From: Eledone cirrhosa
Lineage: Eukaryota
Length of the DNA stretch: 64,000 nt
Direction: 5' to 3'
Assembly (NCBI GenBank): GCA_964016885.1
Contig: OZ024742.1
Span: forward strand, 310,744,001 to 310,808,000
Position 1 is the stretch's first letter. Each line of letters starts with the position of its first letter. The position numbers and the translations under genes were made by a program. This document shows, one piece after another, positions 25,003 through 38,800 of this stretch. The notes under the pieces were generated by a model that made no database searches, had not been told where the DNA came from, and saw only the letters and a program-made list of their open reading frames with translations.

Positions 25003-27904
25003 ATTTCTATATTAAACATTTGTACTCTGCTCTGTATTGACTACCTTATTTTCTTACTGTGGCTACCCCCGATTGAACCCGAGATAAACATATGTTCTTT
25101 ATGAATGTGGGGTGATGAAGGTGGAAGTGTTTCGATAGGTCAGGGTTCGATTGATTTACTTAAATAAATGCTAACATTGAATATAACTTTAATTAAACAG
25201 AGGCAAGGTAGTAATTTAAAATCAAAACTTAGATAATCCGTTGAGAGCAGAAGCCTCTACTCGGGCTCACAAAATACACTCGTCTCTCATCTCCACATCA
25301 CCCATAGTCTCGCTCTTCGTGATTTGCACTAACCACTTTGCCCTCATCGCTTGAATTCCGTTCCTGCCTAAGTTTTCCCCGGTAACATCGTATTATCAAT
25401 ATTTAAATTGATCATCAAATGTATCAATCACACCAGATTGGGAGAGTTTGTCAATGTCATAGATATTTCCTTTTCCTTTTGATTAAATCATTGATATATC
25501 ACAGCACTGGTGACAGAAAATTACCCTTCATTCTTGAGAGGTCGATAAAATAAAGTACCAGTTACATATTGTGGTCGATATAATCGACTTCCGCCTTTCT
25601 CCTAAAGTGCTGGCTTTGTGCCCATGCTAGAAATAATTATCATTGTTGTTGTTGGGAATAGTTGTATCACATGATTGAGATTTAAGTCATTTCCTTGTAA
25701 AGTCGGACAAACTTGGAAAGAACTTCTTATAATTACTTATGAAGTTCCTATGAGAATATATGAAATAAGTGTGAACCATCTCAATCACGCGAAATTGGAT
25801 GGAAACATTCATTAAATATGTAATGATGATAAAGAAATACTCACTAAAAGCCTTTTGCAGATTAATGTTTATTTCTATGAGTTACGAGTTAGAGATTTTG
25901 AGAAATTGAGAAATGATTCTTTAAAACTAACTGAAATGCCGACGAGTCTTTACGGCTTTCACTTCAGATGAAAAGGTCAGTTGATCGGCTGCTGTAATGA
26001 CATTTCACAGCCATCTATGTAACATTAGTTCGATGATATAAATCAGTAAACAGACATTAATATTTAATAATCTCTTCACAACAACGTTATTTAACGAGCT
26101 CCAAAATAAAAACACTCGATGTTAATCCTAAAGGAAGTGTAAATAATTAATAACAAAATAGTAGATGATCATGGGTGAGTGCATTGTAAATGGCTGAGCA
26201 AATAAAGTGACGATCGACTTCTCAGTTGTTGAGAACGGGAGATGTTAGAAGAAGAATAAAGCCGATCGTATCGTATATGTGCGTGCGTCAAAGAGAAAGA
26301 GAGAGAGAGAGATCTAAGTAGTTGTCATAGATTTAAATCAAGTATTAGTAAAATAAAAATAAAAAATGACCCTATCTAGTTTTCAGTTTTGGCTGAACTG
26401 TTCTGTCACTGTTTACTTTTGTATTTGTTTTATATCACGTAACCTAGCGGTTGGACAAAAATGACCTCGATAAAATCTACAAGAGACTTAAAAAATAAGT
26501 ACTTGTACCGATATGGTTAACTAATTCAAGGCGGCACCCTTACATAGCAACTGTCTGATGGTTGATACATGTAGAAGTCCGACGAGCTTTTGATTCCACA
26601 CTTACTAGAAACTATGCATTTCGGACTTTAGTCCTCAATCAGAAGATAAAATGAGAAGTAAGTGAGGAAATAGAAAGATAAACGAGAGCAAGAAGAAAAG
26701 GATTGTTTTATCATTCTTTCCAACAACTACCACCATAACCACTATTCAAACAGAACTATAACAATAATCACGAACTGGAATGGCACTTCCAACGCATCAC
26801 CCTCAACATCCTCCGGATAAATGCCTTCTCTATTCTGTCCCCATTTGCTCATAATAGAGAGAGATGGGGAGAGCAGAAGAGAAGGAGATGGGGAGAGCGG
26901 TAGAGACAGAGGCAGTGACAGTGGGAGTTTTGGTTCTTTTGTGTTCAGACCTTGTATATGTGTATATGTTTCACGGACACATACTTTTGTATTACTTTAT
27001 AGCTACTTCCACAGGCTATAAATAATTGAAGGTGTCACATAGAATAGTAGCTGTACAAATATCGACAGTCGATCGCCTTTTTTGTCAAATCAGACCGAGA
27101 AAACAACTCCGGATAGAAGGAGCAACGTGAAATAATGTGTCTTGCTCAAGGACATAACGCATCGCCCGGTCCCCGGTCCAGGAATCGAACTTACAACCTC
27201 ATGATTGCGAATCCAATTCTCATACCACGCAGCCACGCGCATTCTCTTATCGAGGATAGTTTACACTGTCAAGTTACTTTAAATATTTCCCTTATCATAT
27301 CATCTCTTCATACCACTTGTTTATATGCAAAATATTTACATATGTTGCATATAAAGTAAAGATATGTATGTCACCCTCTATTATAACAACACTACAACGA
27401 CCATTAACAGTAACACCCATATAGATATCGTCTACCACCAACAATAAGAACTCTACCATCATCAATACTGCTACACATCTATTGTAACTACACATCAAAT
27501 AACATTATTCTTACCTATCACCAAACACATACTACCATTAAATACACGAACTAGCGAGAGAACTTCTATGATGTAGAAAATGCTAGAAATAGCCATTCAA
27601 ATTCCTCAAATCATTTAAAAGCAATGACTACATTGTGTAATGTAATACTAGATATACAAGATATGGGATAGCCATTGCTAGAGTCATTTAATCATAGGTC
27701 AGCTCAATAAAACAATAACTTTAACAATGTCGTTTAAACGACCCTTAACTGAAACAGTATCGCTAAAATAACAACAACAATATATATACACTGAGCTATA
27801 ATCTAAGCTATTCCCTTTATGTTTATATATTTAGCAGCACTAATAGACATAATCTATCTACTAATTAAAGGGTTATCTTAGTTTGTATATATATATATAT
27901 ATAT

Positions 27905-28085
27905 ACAGTGAAACACCGTTATACGAAAATTCACGGGATATAAAAATAAAATTCGCTGTAACGACAAATTCTTTATAATGAGATCGACCTGACACATCGA
28001 GCGTGTAGCCGCGGACTGAATAAGAAATTCCTTATACTGAAAAATTCGTTCTAATGGTATTCGTTATAACGGAATTTTACCTGTA
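27905..28085. mobile_element. Tc1/mariner (pogo/Tigger-like) MITE
   Basis: TA-flanked imperfect TIR cagtgaaacaccgttata / ttataacggaattttacctg. A related end begins at 38813; another TA-flanked TIR element lies at 39004-39333. Confidence 0.65.
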
Positions 28086-29189
28086 CTGAGCTAACGAAGG
28101 AGCCTCTTGACGGTCGTTCGGCTATCTAGAAAAGGACCCATGCTTCTCAAATTATGACGAAAACCTATGACACAATTTTGTTCGCGTCATAGAATATATA
28201 CAGTGCTGTATATATAGTGCTGTGGAAAAGTATCTTAGGGGAGCCATCTGCATATTGAACTGAAATATGGTAGGGTTTCATATGTAATATAGTCCGTTGA
28301 AAAACTAAGATAATCCTGTAATTATTAGATAGGTTGTAATTATTAGGAGTGCTAAATATATAAACATACGGGAAAATGTTGGATATTCATACACCCAATC
28401 TGGCAGAGTTTATCCACCATTCGACTTGTTAGAAATATCAGCCAAATTTCACTCAAGTCACATCCTACTTTAATCAAAATGGAAGGATACACATAATCAG
28501 TCTGGAAAAAAAGGACCAAATGATCATAGCTGGAAAATACTCGATCATAGTTCTACACGATCAGAGCAAGGCAATTTTCTAGATAAAAAAACACAAACTA
28601 CTACGACCATTATATGCACAAAGAAAAACACTATGTCTAAACCCATTATGAATACCAACAGTATCGCTGAAACCATTACTACATTAATAACATACATGGG
28701 AACGTCGATGACGAAACCAACCCTACCATCACTACTATTACAAGAAATGTGTGTTTCTTTGTGGGAAGAGAACACATACTGACTCTAGTTCTTGACTGGT
28801 ACTATATTTTAACGACAGTGGAAATATATATAATTAAGTTAGTTTCGGCAGGAATTGAACTCGGAACGTAAAGAGTCGTAAATATTATCAACCGTAGCAA
28901 GAGTATATACCACTATTACTACCATCGGAATCATCGTCGATACCACAGTATATACATTTCCGTACATGACTATCACAAGGACATCTTTGCATTTCTACTA
29001 ATACTACTATAATACAAATACTACTAATACTACTTCTGTTATAATACTGGTTTCTCATGTAGGCACAAAGCCAGTAATTTGGGGGGAGGGGAAAGTCGAT
29101 TAAATCGACCCCAGCAAAGAGAAAAATAAGGATAGTTTTCATTCGTCTTTCCAATTGTTAACAATTGTTTTACTTTTGGCAAATTCGGG

Positions 29190-29352
29190 AAATTACCCCA
29201 GTGCATTACTGGTACTTTATTTTATCGACCCCGTAAGGATGAAAAGCAAAGCTAACCTCGGCGGGATTTGAACTCAGAACGTAAAGGGCCGTAACTCTAT
29301 GTTGCAAAGCATGGTGTCTGAGGCTGTACCGATACTGCCAATACACCGCCCT
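29190..29352 (-). mobile_element. tRNA-derived SINE
   Basis: Same family; an extra 3' fragment lies at 29045-29115. Confidence 0.82.
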
Positions 29353-29587
29353 TACTTCTGCTATAATACTAACACTACTAATACTATTTCTGCTGCTGCT
29401 ACAACCAGCCAATAAACACTATTACATCACTACTATCATCTCTACCATTATTGCCATCACAGTCACAAAAGCAGTTACTAAACTCCTGTCACTGCATGCA
29501 AATTCCTTACCCATCAATAAAAAAAATAATTCTACAAACAACTTTTACATCAATAAAAACTTCTGGCAAACAACTAGAAACACAGCT

Positions 29588-29820
29588 ACGACAGCAACAA
29601 CAACAAAAATGATGACGATGACGACAACGATGAGGACAACGATGACGATGACGACAACGATGAGGATGACGATGATGAGGAAGACGATGACGGTGTCGAT
29701 GATGACGACGATGTCTATGTCGATGATGATGATGATGATAGCGACGACGATGACTATGTCGTTGATGACTATGTCGACAACGACGACGACACGAACGCCA
29801 CCACAACCACCACCATCATA
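29588..29820. repeat. Degenerate (GAT/GAC/CAA)n trinucleotide repeat
   Basis: Direct reading. Confidence 0.85.
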
Positions 29821-30403
29821 ATTTTTTTTAAGACGTGCATAGGCGCGTCAAAAATCTTTCATCTGAAAGATTTTTAAAAGACATCTGAACAATTGACGCT
29901 AAGGAAACTCAGTCGAGTGTATCGTTTTCACGAGAACGCTGCAAGACTTCTTCAATTAAACAGTTCGATAGTGTCTCTTCACATTTACCTGTTTATAGTT
30001 CACTGCTTGGATTAAACTATATTTTAATTACTTCAGCTCTAGACGTGCATCGTAAAATAAGTGGGTCGAATTGGAGATCAGCGCTGCAAGCTAAGTACTT
30101 ATCAGCGGTTCAAGACATAGTTGCGGCACAGGTATGGGCGTGAGTTTATAAATCAAATGTTCTGAGTTCGATCTTACAGCGCATCAATTTGCGCAAGTCA
30201 AAATAGGGATCAAATAAAGCTTTGTGAATGGAATTTGGTAAATTTAAACAGTATTGAAGCCCGTCAAAAGGATTATGCATGTAATTCAAAGGATTACCTC
30301 TAAAGAACAAATATGTGGAAGACACAGTCCTTATTATATAAATACACTAAGATGTTCCTTTGATCAAACAATTGAAAATTAGAATATAGCCGAAACCAAC
30401 GGG

Positions 30404-31360
30404 AGATCCGGTAGTTGTGAAGAGCATTAGTGGAGAGTGATGTAGTAAGCTCTCGACATATGATCCGGCAGTTGTGGAGAGTGATGTACTGAGCTCTCGA
30501 CATATGATCCGACAGTTGGAGCGTAGTGTAGTAAACTCTCGACTTATGATCCGGCAGTTGTGGAGAGTGATGTAGTAAACTCTCGACTTATGATCCGGCA
30601 GTTGTGGAGAGTGATGTACTGAGCTCTCGGCGTATGATCCGACAGTTGGAGCGTAGTGTAGTAAACTCTCGACTTATGATCCGGCAGTTGTGGAGAGTGA
30701 TGTACTGAGCTCTCGGCGTATGATCCGACAGTTGGAGCGTAGTGTAGTAAACTCTCGACTTTTGATCCGGCAGTTGTAGAGAGTGATGTACTGAGCTCTC
30801 GACGTATGATCCGACAGTTGGAGCGTAGTGTAGTAAACTCTCGACTTATGATCCGGCAGTTGTAGAGAGTGATGTACTGAGCTCTCGGCATATGATCCGG
30901 CAGTTGGAGCGTAGTGTAGTAAACTCTCGACTTATGATCCGGCAGTTGTGGAGAGTGATGTAGTAAACTCTCGACTTATGATCCGGCAGTTGTAGAGAGT
31001 GATGTAGTAAGCTCTCGGCATATGATCCGACAGTTGGAGCGTAGTGTAGTAAACTCTCGACTTATGATCCGGCAGTTGTGGAGAGTGATGTACTGAGCTC
31101 TCGGCGTATGATCCGTGTGGAAAGCGACCTAGTAAGCTCCCGATATGTAATCCGTCAGTTGTGGAGTGCCATCCAGTGAGCTCTCAACATCTGATCAGTC
31201 AATTATGGAGAGCGTTGTATTAAGTTTCCGACTAGATTTCCATGTGGAAAGCGATGTAGTAAGCTCCTGGCGATAGATTCATCAGTTCTGGAGTTCGATG
31301 AGCGATGTTGTAAACTCCTGGCATATAATCCGCCAGTTGTGGAGAGAGATGAGGTAAGAT
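30404..31360. repeat. GC-richer minisatellite of alternating 44- and 42-bp units
   Basis: tgatcc recurs at 30461, 30505, 30547, 30591, 30635, 30677, 30721... and decays after ~31115. Confidence 0.92.
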
Positions 31361-32883
31361 CACGCCATGTGGATTACCACAATTTGGAAAACGTTTGAAG
31401 AAACACGTAAATATCCAGACACAAGAAAACTATACACCCGGCGTCCTGTATAGCAATAATAGAATAAAACTTATACACCACAGCAGACAAATCAATAATA
31501 GCATCAAGAGACGGTAGAAATAATAGAATTGATTATAGTGTAGTGAATCGCATATAAAAGAGTTTAGATTTTGGTCATGACTCACTTGATCTTGCATTCA
31601 TGCAATTCGAATGTTCTGCTTATATTTAAAATCAGTCCATACATAATATTTCGTAGCTGAGGTGTTCATCCCAACATATCAACAGCAACATTACATTAAT
31701 GAAGTCTTCCGCTGAAACTGTTTGTTGTTTTGCCACTTGATTCCTTGTGCATGTTTGCAAACTCTGTCATTGGACAACCTGTTACAAGATTTGAATATGG
31801 ATCGATGATTAGGAGAAATAGGTTTACTTGCTCTTGGATTCAGTAATTCGAAACCAGACTGTTCTAATAGACATTATAAAGTAATTTCTCTTTTGAGTTT
31901 TCTCTACGTTTTTGCTCGATCCATTTTATTGAAAAGTTGTTTGTATTAACGAGATATAAAATGTTGCAAAGTGAAACCCACAAAATACATTGTATTTATA
32001 TTTACATATATAATAGGGTTTACTTTTACATTCCCATCAGTCCATGGTGTTTAGACTGCTTAGTCTAATTAGTGGAATAATATTTAATGCAGAAATTACA
32101 ATCAATCTGATTCAAAAGCAATATAAAGAATAATTTGGGTGTTTTGCAAAATGAGGACTGTCTAAATAAGCATAAAAACAACGGTTCATAAGTTCAGCGC
32201 GGAAGTTAATCAGTGCAGGATTAAATTAAATTCATTAAACGACAATATTGATTAGTAAAACATTAAACATACGTAGACATTAATAGAAACTAATTTTAAA
32301 TGTCATGCGGTTAATGTTGATGACTTGAAAATATACTTACTTTCGATAACAAGCTGATTATTATCAGCTAAACATGTGGTGTTGAGACCAGCGGATTTAA
32401 TAGTTCCAATCGCAATTCAATTGATGTTGTTGGAATGGATAAACAGACCTGCTACTCTCTAAAAATCCAAACGGGAAGTACCATGAAAAAAAGTGCCTCA
32501 AATCGGGGATAAATGAGGCAAAATTGGAAGATTTTACAAGAGAAGACATCTCTCACCCATCCCAAAGTGGGTGGGAGATCGCTCCATCGGAGTTGAAAGG
32601 TCTGGATAAAAAATGCATAGAGTGTAAGCTCCTAATGACAGTAAACGGTTTTATGTTGTTGCGACGAATAACGAAGCAACGTAACCAAAAGATTCATAAT
32701 TTGCAAAACAGTACAATCTGCAAATAAAATTGTCACAGTAATTTGTACACCCGTTCATGTTCTAGTGTTCTTGAAACTTGCCACCGTTGATTAAGTCTGC
32801 TTAACGAAAACATGTGTCTGTGTGACACGAAATAACTATAATACTGAGGTATTATATTGTTGTTACATGAGTAGTATGGCCTA

Positions 32884-33072
32884 TAATTGTTTCTATTTTA
32901 GGCACAAGGCCAGCAATAACCCAGTACATTACTGGTACTTTATTTTATCGACCCCGTAAGGATGAAAGGCAAAGTTAACCTCGGCGGGATTTGAACTCAG
33001 AATGGCAAGGGCCGTAACTCTATGCGTCAAATATGGTGTCCGACTCTCTACCGATACTGCCAATCCACCGCC
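32884..33072 (-). mobile_element. tRNA-derived SINE
   Basis: Same family; apparent TSD gtatggc(c)tataat on both sides. Confidence 0.85.
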
Positions 33073-34264
33073 CTGTATGGCTATAATGGAAGCTTTAATG
33101 TTAATTAGCCTGCATGACTGTTCCATTAGCTAGGGATGAGAATAATTTAAAGAGAAGTGACTTACAAGGCTGGCTACTTGCCTGTCTGAAGGTCAATCTG
33201 TAATGAGGCGAATGTCTGTATAGATGGCCAAAACCATAGAGGAGATGCTGTATGGAAAGATGAAAATCAATGGATTAAAAAGGTGAAAAAAGAAGAAACA
33301 AATTAATCTTTCTTTAATGTTATCAGTACAGCCTATTTTCGAATCAATTTATTTCGGTAGTGAATTATTCAATTTCTCCTATACCTGATGGTTCAACAAT
33401 AGATATTTGAAACAATTCTGCTCATATATCCTCTTACGAACGCGCCATGCGCAGTACATTTTAGATTTTTGAAAGCAATCAATTTCCATAGATACGATTT
33501 ACAGCTACAGTCCTGACTAAAACGTAGCCATCACTTTTATAAGCGCTTAACTGGAGATTCTGCTAAAATAATAGTCGTAGCTTTAACAATAATATCAAAA
33601 CAAATAATGGGCTAGAAAAATGTAAAGATCTGTTAAGGTATATTTAAGATAGAGAAATTAATTGAAAAATAAATTAAAGTTAGACTGAGAAATCAGATGA
33701 TGAGAATAAAAGCACCAATAGAGGGCTGTTATCCCAGAAGTCTCCCGATATTTAGCTCACGCTAAGGTACACAACAAGCCATTGATACCACTTCAACATA
33801 CAGCTACACTGAGTAAACGTTGGTAGAAACCACCTTGGATGCGACTGAAAATTCACGGGGACGGGATACGAGGAATAAGTAACGAATTATGAGACATGTG
33901 GAAGACGTGATCTAATATGGAATAAAATCAAGTTGAAAGAAAGGTATTCTAAGGAGAAAATTGCCTGGTAACGACGGGCTACTCTGCTACTATACTATAT
34001 AGTTTTGAGTGGAGAAATATAATGTACTACATTTATTTAGTGTAATGAAAATAGGAGAATAAAGTAATGAAAACATTAATGATGCTAAAATTAAACACTT
34101 CAAGCAACATGCCTTGTCATGTATTGTGAAAAGTTGAATCTCCCTGAGAACTACGTGAAGATTGCACGTGTTTGTGGAATGGTCTGCTACTTACAGGTTA
34201 AATTTACGAGCACACTGTTCGCTGTTTGAATCAACTGGTGCACCACTCATCTTCAGGTCCTAAA

Positions 34265-34348
<84 letters not shown>

Positions 34349-35217
34349 AAAAGAAAAGTAATTGAAAATGCAACTGGGGTCTTTTAAGAATATTTATGTG
34401 CATTGTCTCGAGATAAATCATAACAGAAACACAACCCTCCATCTCAATTTTACTTTTGAAAATCATAAAAACTGTGAAACCGGTAAAGTAAATAAATATT
34501 CTTAAAAGACCCCAGTTGCATTTTCAATTTCTTTTCCTTATATTTCTACCCGTGAGGGACATTTTAAAAAACATACTTTTATATATATATATATATATAT
34601 ATATAATGAATGTGTCTATGTACATATATATGTAAGTGTGTCTGTGTATGTGTGTGCATGTTTACGCATACTCCAAAAAGAGTCAGTGTTGCATGTGGTC
34701 GGTTCCCATGGTTATCAAGGGGTACAATCAGTGCACATCAGCAAATAGATATGCATGTTCTTGGATATGTCAACGACTGAGTGCAAGCGTGCACGTATAC
34801 ATAACTCTATGTGTTAGCAATTAACAGAGATTATGAGTATTTCTAATTAAATACTTTAAGTATGTTACTTAATGCAACCTAATATCTTTAATCTGCGATA
34901 CATTACATGCTGTCGGAATTTGTGATTTAATTATTATATTTTGTATGTTTTTTGTTTTGTTTTGTTTTTGTTTTACCAACCTTAAGCTGGTTAACATATC
35001 CCTTACTTTTGAAATAGTTGTAGAAAAACGTTTAAAAAGTTTAATGAGTTCACGAATTGATACCGAAATATAGACAATATCTGAACTATGTCATACTATG
35101 TGAAATAGAGTAATGTAAGAAAGATTGTCATTATTATCATAACGATTAAGGGGAAAGTAGAAAAATTGTATACATATTATTGATGCACGTGTAACAGAAT
35201 ATCTAATGTTGACCTGC

Positions 35218-35625
<408 letters not shown>

Positions 35626-35644
35626 ATATGTATATATATATATG

Positions 35645-35690
<46 letters not shown>

Positions 35691-35819
35691 TATATGCACA
35701 CATATATATATATATACATATATATGCACACATATATATATATAGATATATATATATATTATATACACACACGCGCATATATATTTATATACACACAGAC
35801 ATATTCATATATATATATA

Positions 35820-35855
<36 letters not shown>

Positions 35856-35911
35856 ACACACACACACATATATATATATATACACATATATACATATATA
35901 TATATATAGTA

Positions 35912-36098
35912 ATAATTGTTTCTACTTTTTAGCACAAGGCCAGCAAATACCCAGTGTATTACTGGTACTTTATTTTATCGACCCCGTAAGGGTGAAAGGC
36001 AAAGTTAACCTCGGCGGGATTTGAACTCAGTCCGTAAAGGGACGTAACTGTGCTGCAAAGCATGGCGTCCGACCCTCTACCGATACTGCCAATCCACC
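35912..36098 (-). mobile_element. tRNA-derived SINE
   Basis: Same family. Confidence 0.85.
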
Positions 36099-36120
36099 AT
36101 ATTATTACTATATATATCTA

Positions 36121-37330
36121 TCTACGGCGGGTAAAATTCCCGAGATCCATGGACGAGTTCTCTCCAGCGGTCTCTGTCCCTCATTATCGCTTCCATGTCC
36201 TGCGTCTCCAACAGACCAGTGTCTGTCCTTAACATACGTTAACCTTGTTCTTCCTCTTCTAGTGTGTCCATGTAGGGGCTCCCACAGGAACACTGAGTGC
36301 AATGTCAACTCTGGATGTCGGTGAGCATGTCCAGCTAACCTCAGTCTCCTCTGTGTCACTTTTGAACTGACTTTTGGGAGGCTCCCATACAGATCTGAGT
36401 TTTTCATCCTCAGTGTATACTGATTAATGTTCAGAGCCATCCTCAGCATTCTCGTGTAGCACCCATCCACCATCTGAGATGGAGAAGAAGCTCAGGGACA
36501 ACCAGAACGGCTTCAGAGAGGGAAGATCAACCACCAGTCACATCCTGATGCTGAGGAGGATATTAGAGGGAGCTAGAGCAAAGTGCCTTCCTGCGGTTAT
36601 GGTTTTCATTGACTTTAGGAAGGCCTTTGATTCTGTGGACCGTTACTGCCTGATGAAGATCTTAATGGCTTATGGAATCCCCAAGAAGATAGTAGACCTG
36701 ATATCACTGCTCTACACCAACACCAAAGCCCAAGTCGTTACACCTGATGGGATGACAGAGTTCTTTGAGATACTGGCTGGAGTGCTCCAGGGAGACACAT
36801 TGGCTCCCTACCTTTTTATCATCGTAGTGGACTATTGTATGCGCCTTGCACTGGAGAATCACCAGGACTCTGGCTTTACTGTAGCACCGACTCAGAGCAG
36901 GAGAGTTAAGGCGAAAAGGGTATCAGATGCTGAATTTGCCGACGACATAGTTTTGGGGACAAATACAGTGAAGGAGGCAGAGGATTTGATGCGGGAGGTT
37001 GAGACTGTGTCGATGAGTGTGGGGCTGAGAATGAATGAGACTAAAACAAAATATCTGGTAGAGAATGTTGAGAAGCCAGAGGGGATCACTAATGTAGGCG
37101 GGAAGCCGCTCGAATTGGTTGAGGGCTTCCTGTATTTGGGAGCAAATATTGGGAATACGGAAGATGATGTGTTTGAGAGGAAGAGCAAAGTCTGGGCGGC
37201 GTGCCACAGCTTGAGATCCGTGTGGAAGTCGGACCTTCGTAAAGATCTGAAAATCCGCCTCTTCGTTGTTGTAGTGGAGTATGTGCTGCTGTACGGGTCT
37301 GAGACTTGGACACTGACCAAGAAACTCACT
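36121..37330. mobile_element. RTE-like LINE with a 5' inversion: 3' part minus (36121-36477), upstream RT part plus (36474-37330)
   Basis: Both parts match 51359-52910. The plus part ends at aaactcact, exactly where the minus part (cagatggtg) resumes. RT motifs QGDTLAP and FADD. Confidence 0.9.
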
Positions 37331-37459
37331 ATATATATATATATATATAGTAATAATAATAAATTTGAAGACTAAAATCCAAAGAGGGCTCGATAAGGAT
37401 AAATATATATCAAATATATAAGAACCCTAGAGCAAATATTTATTAAAATAACAGATTAA

Positions 37460-37510
37460 AGTTTAAGCATAGAATCGCTGCTTTCACCCTTAACGGGATC
37501 TTCTGAAACT
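37460..37510 (-). ncRNA. Type I hammerhead motif with one core substitution
   Basis: Minus strand: agttt CAGAAGA t ccc gttaa ggg t GAAA gca gcgattcta tgc TT aaact. Stems I, II and III all pair; U4 is replaced by A. Confidence 0.6.
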
Positions 37511-37587
37511 AAAAAAGTCAATCTGTGAACGCAGAAGTAAATATTTCGAAAAACGTTGCAACCGAAGGAAAACAGGAAGACAATACT

Positions 37588-37870
37588 TTGGTTCGTGGAG
37601 ACAATCCCTGGCAATGAACGGACAAAAGCGAAGATAATACGTCATTATTTGGAGCGGTGAGAACAATTACACGCAACGACAAAACCACGTTTATGGTATA
37701 AATGAAGTCGTAGACTAATATTCTATATAGGTGGTTCGTGGAGACGTTCCCTGGAAATGAACGGGAAAAAGCGAAGGTAATACGTCATTATGTAGACCGA
37801 GGAGAACAATTACACGCAATGACAAAACCACGTTTATGGTATAAATGAAGTCGTAGACTAAAATTCTATT
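37588..37870. repeat. Two ~144-bp tandem copies
   Basis: ggttcgtggagac...gtcgtagacta repeated. Confidence 0.8.
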
Positions 37871-37998
37871 TAGGAAACCGAATAACAAGTATATTACAGA
37901 GCCGAAATACTTTATAAATAACAATCGAAGAGTGTTTAAAACATTTAATCACTTACGATCGTTTCATCCTAGCACAAGGCCGTTAACCATCGGAGTAT

Positions 37999-38366
37999 AT
38001 AATTGTTTCTACTTTTGGCACAAGGCCAGCAATTATCCCAGTGTATTACTGGTACTTTATTTTATCGACCCCGTAAGGATGAAAGGCAAAGTTAACCTCG
38101 GCGGGATTTGAACTCAGAATGGCAAGAGCCGTAACTCTTTGCTGCAAAGCATGGCGTCAGACCCTCTATCGATATTGCCATCCACCAAGGTAATAATTGT
38201 TTCTACTATTGGCACAAGGACAGCAATTACCCAGTACATTACTGGTACTTTATTTTATCGACCCCGTAAGGATGAAAGGCAAAGTTAACCTCGGCTGGAT
38301 TTGAACTCAGAATGGCAAGGGCCGTAACTCTATGCATCAAAGCATGGCGTCCGACCCTCTACCGAT
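37999..38366 (-). mobile_element. Tandem pair of SINEs
   Basis: Copies at 37999-38186 and 38192-38366. caaggtaataat occurs at the junction and again after the second copy. Confidence 0.85.
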
Positions 38367-38617
38367 CAAGGTAATAATGTTGAATAAGTATACTCAGCAA
38401 AATAAAAATCAAATATAGATTGAAGTGTTATTATTATTAATCAAACCATCCAAAGGAATTAATGTTGAGTAAATATAATCAGCGAAGTAAAAATCCAATA
38501 TAGATGTAAGTGTTATCAACAGAAAAGCACACATATTTGAATAGAGGGGAGAAATTCATATATGCTTCAGCATAAATAACTCCATCGTTTCATAGAGTTT
38601 GAAAATTTATCTTTAAT

Positions 38618-38800
38618 GTCTTCCCACGCTTCTTCGTCCGACCGCGGGTTTCCAGAGCACAAGTTGTGATGCTATATCTTCTGGATGACGGATGCAGTGC
38701 CCAGCCAGTTTCATTCGTCTGCAGACAACTTTTTTTTAGACTGGTGGTAGTGATCTGTATAGTTCTTTATTTGTCAGCTTCTGCTTCCAAGAAATGTTGG
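38618..38800 (-). pseudogene. C-terminal fragment of a divergent RTE-like LINE
   Basis: NISWKQKLTNKELYRSLPPV...RRMKLAGHCIRHPEDIASQLVLWKP..GRRSVGR, collinear with the RTE C-terminus at 52590-52780. Confidence 0.7.

Noticed and set aside
29507-29821. His/Arg-rich and Met/Thr-rich ORFs
   Set aside because: Translations of a degenerate trinucleotide repeat.
30404-31360. Possible CRISPR-like array
   Set aside because: The units are wholly repeated with no unique spacers, there are no cas genes, and the context is eukaryotic.
33100-33970. Faint LINE-like (KDENQWIKKV) and PLE-RT-like (AKVHNKPLIPL) peptide traces
   Set aside because: Too short and decayed to support a call without an HMM search.
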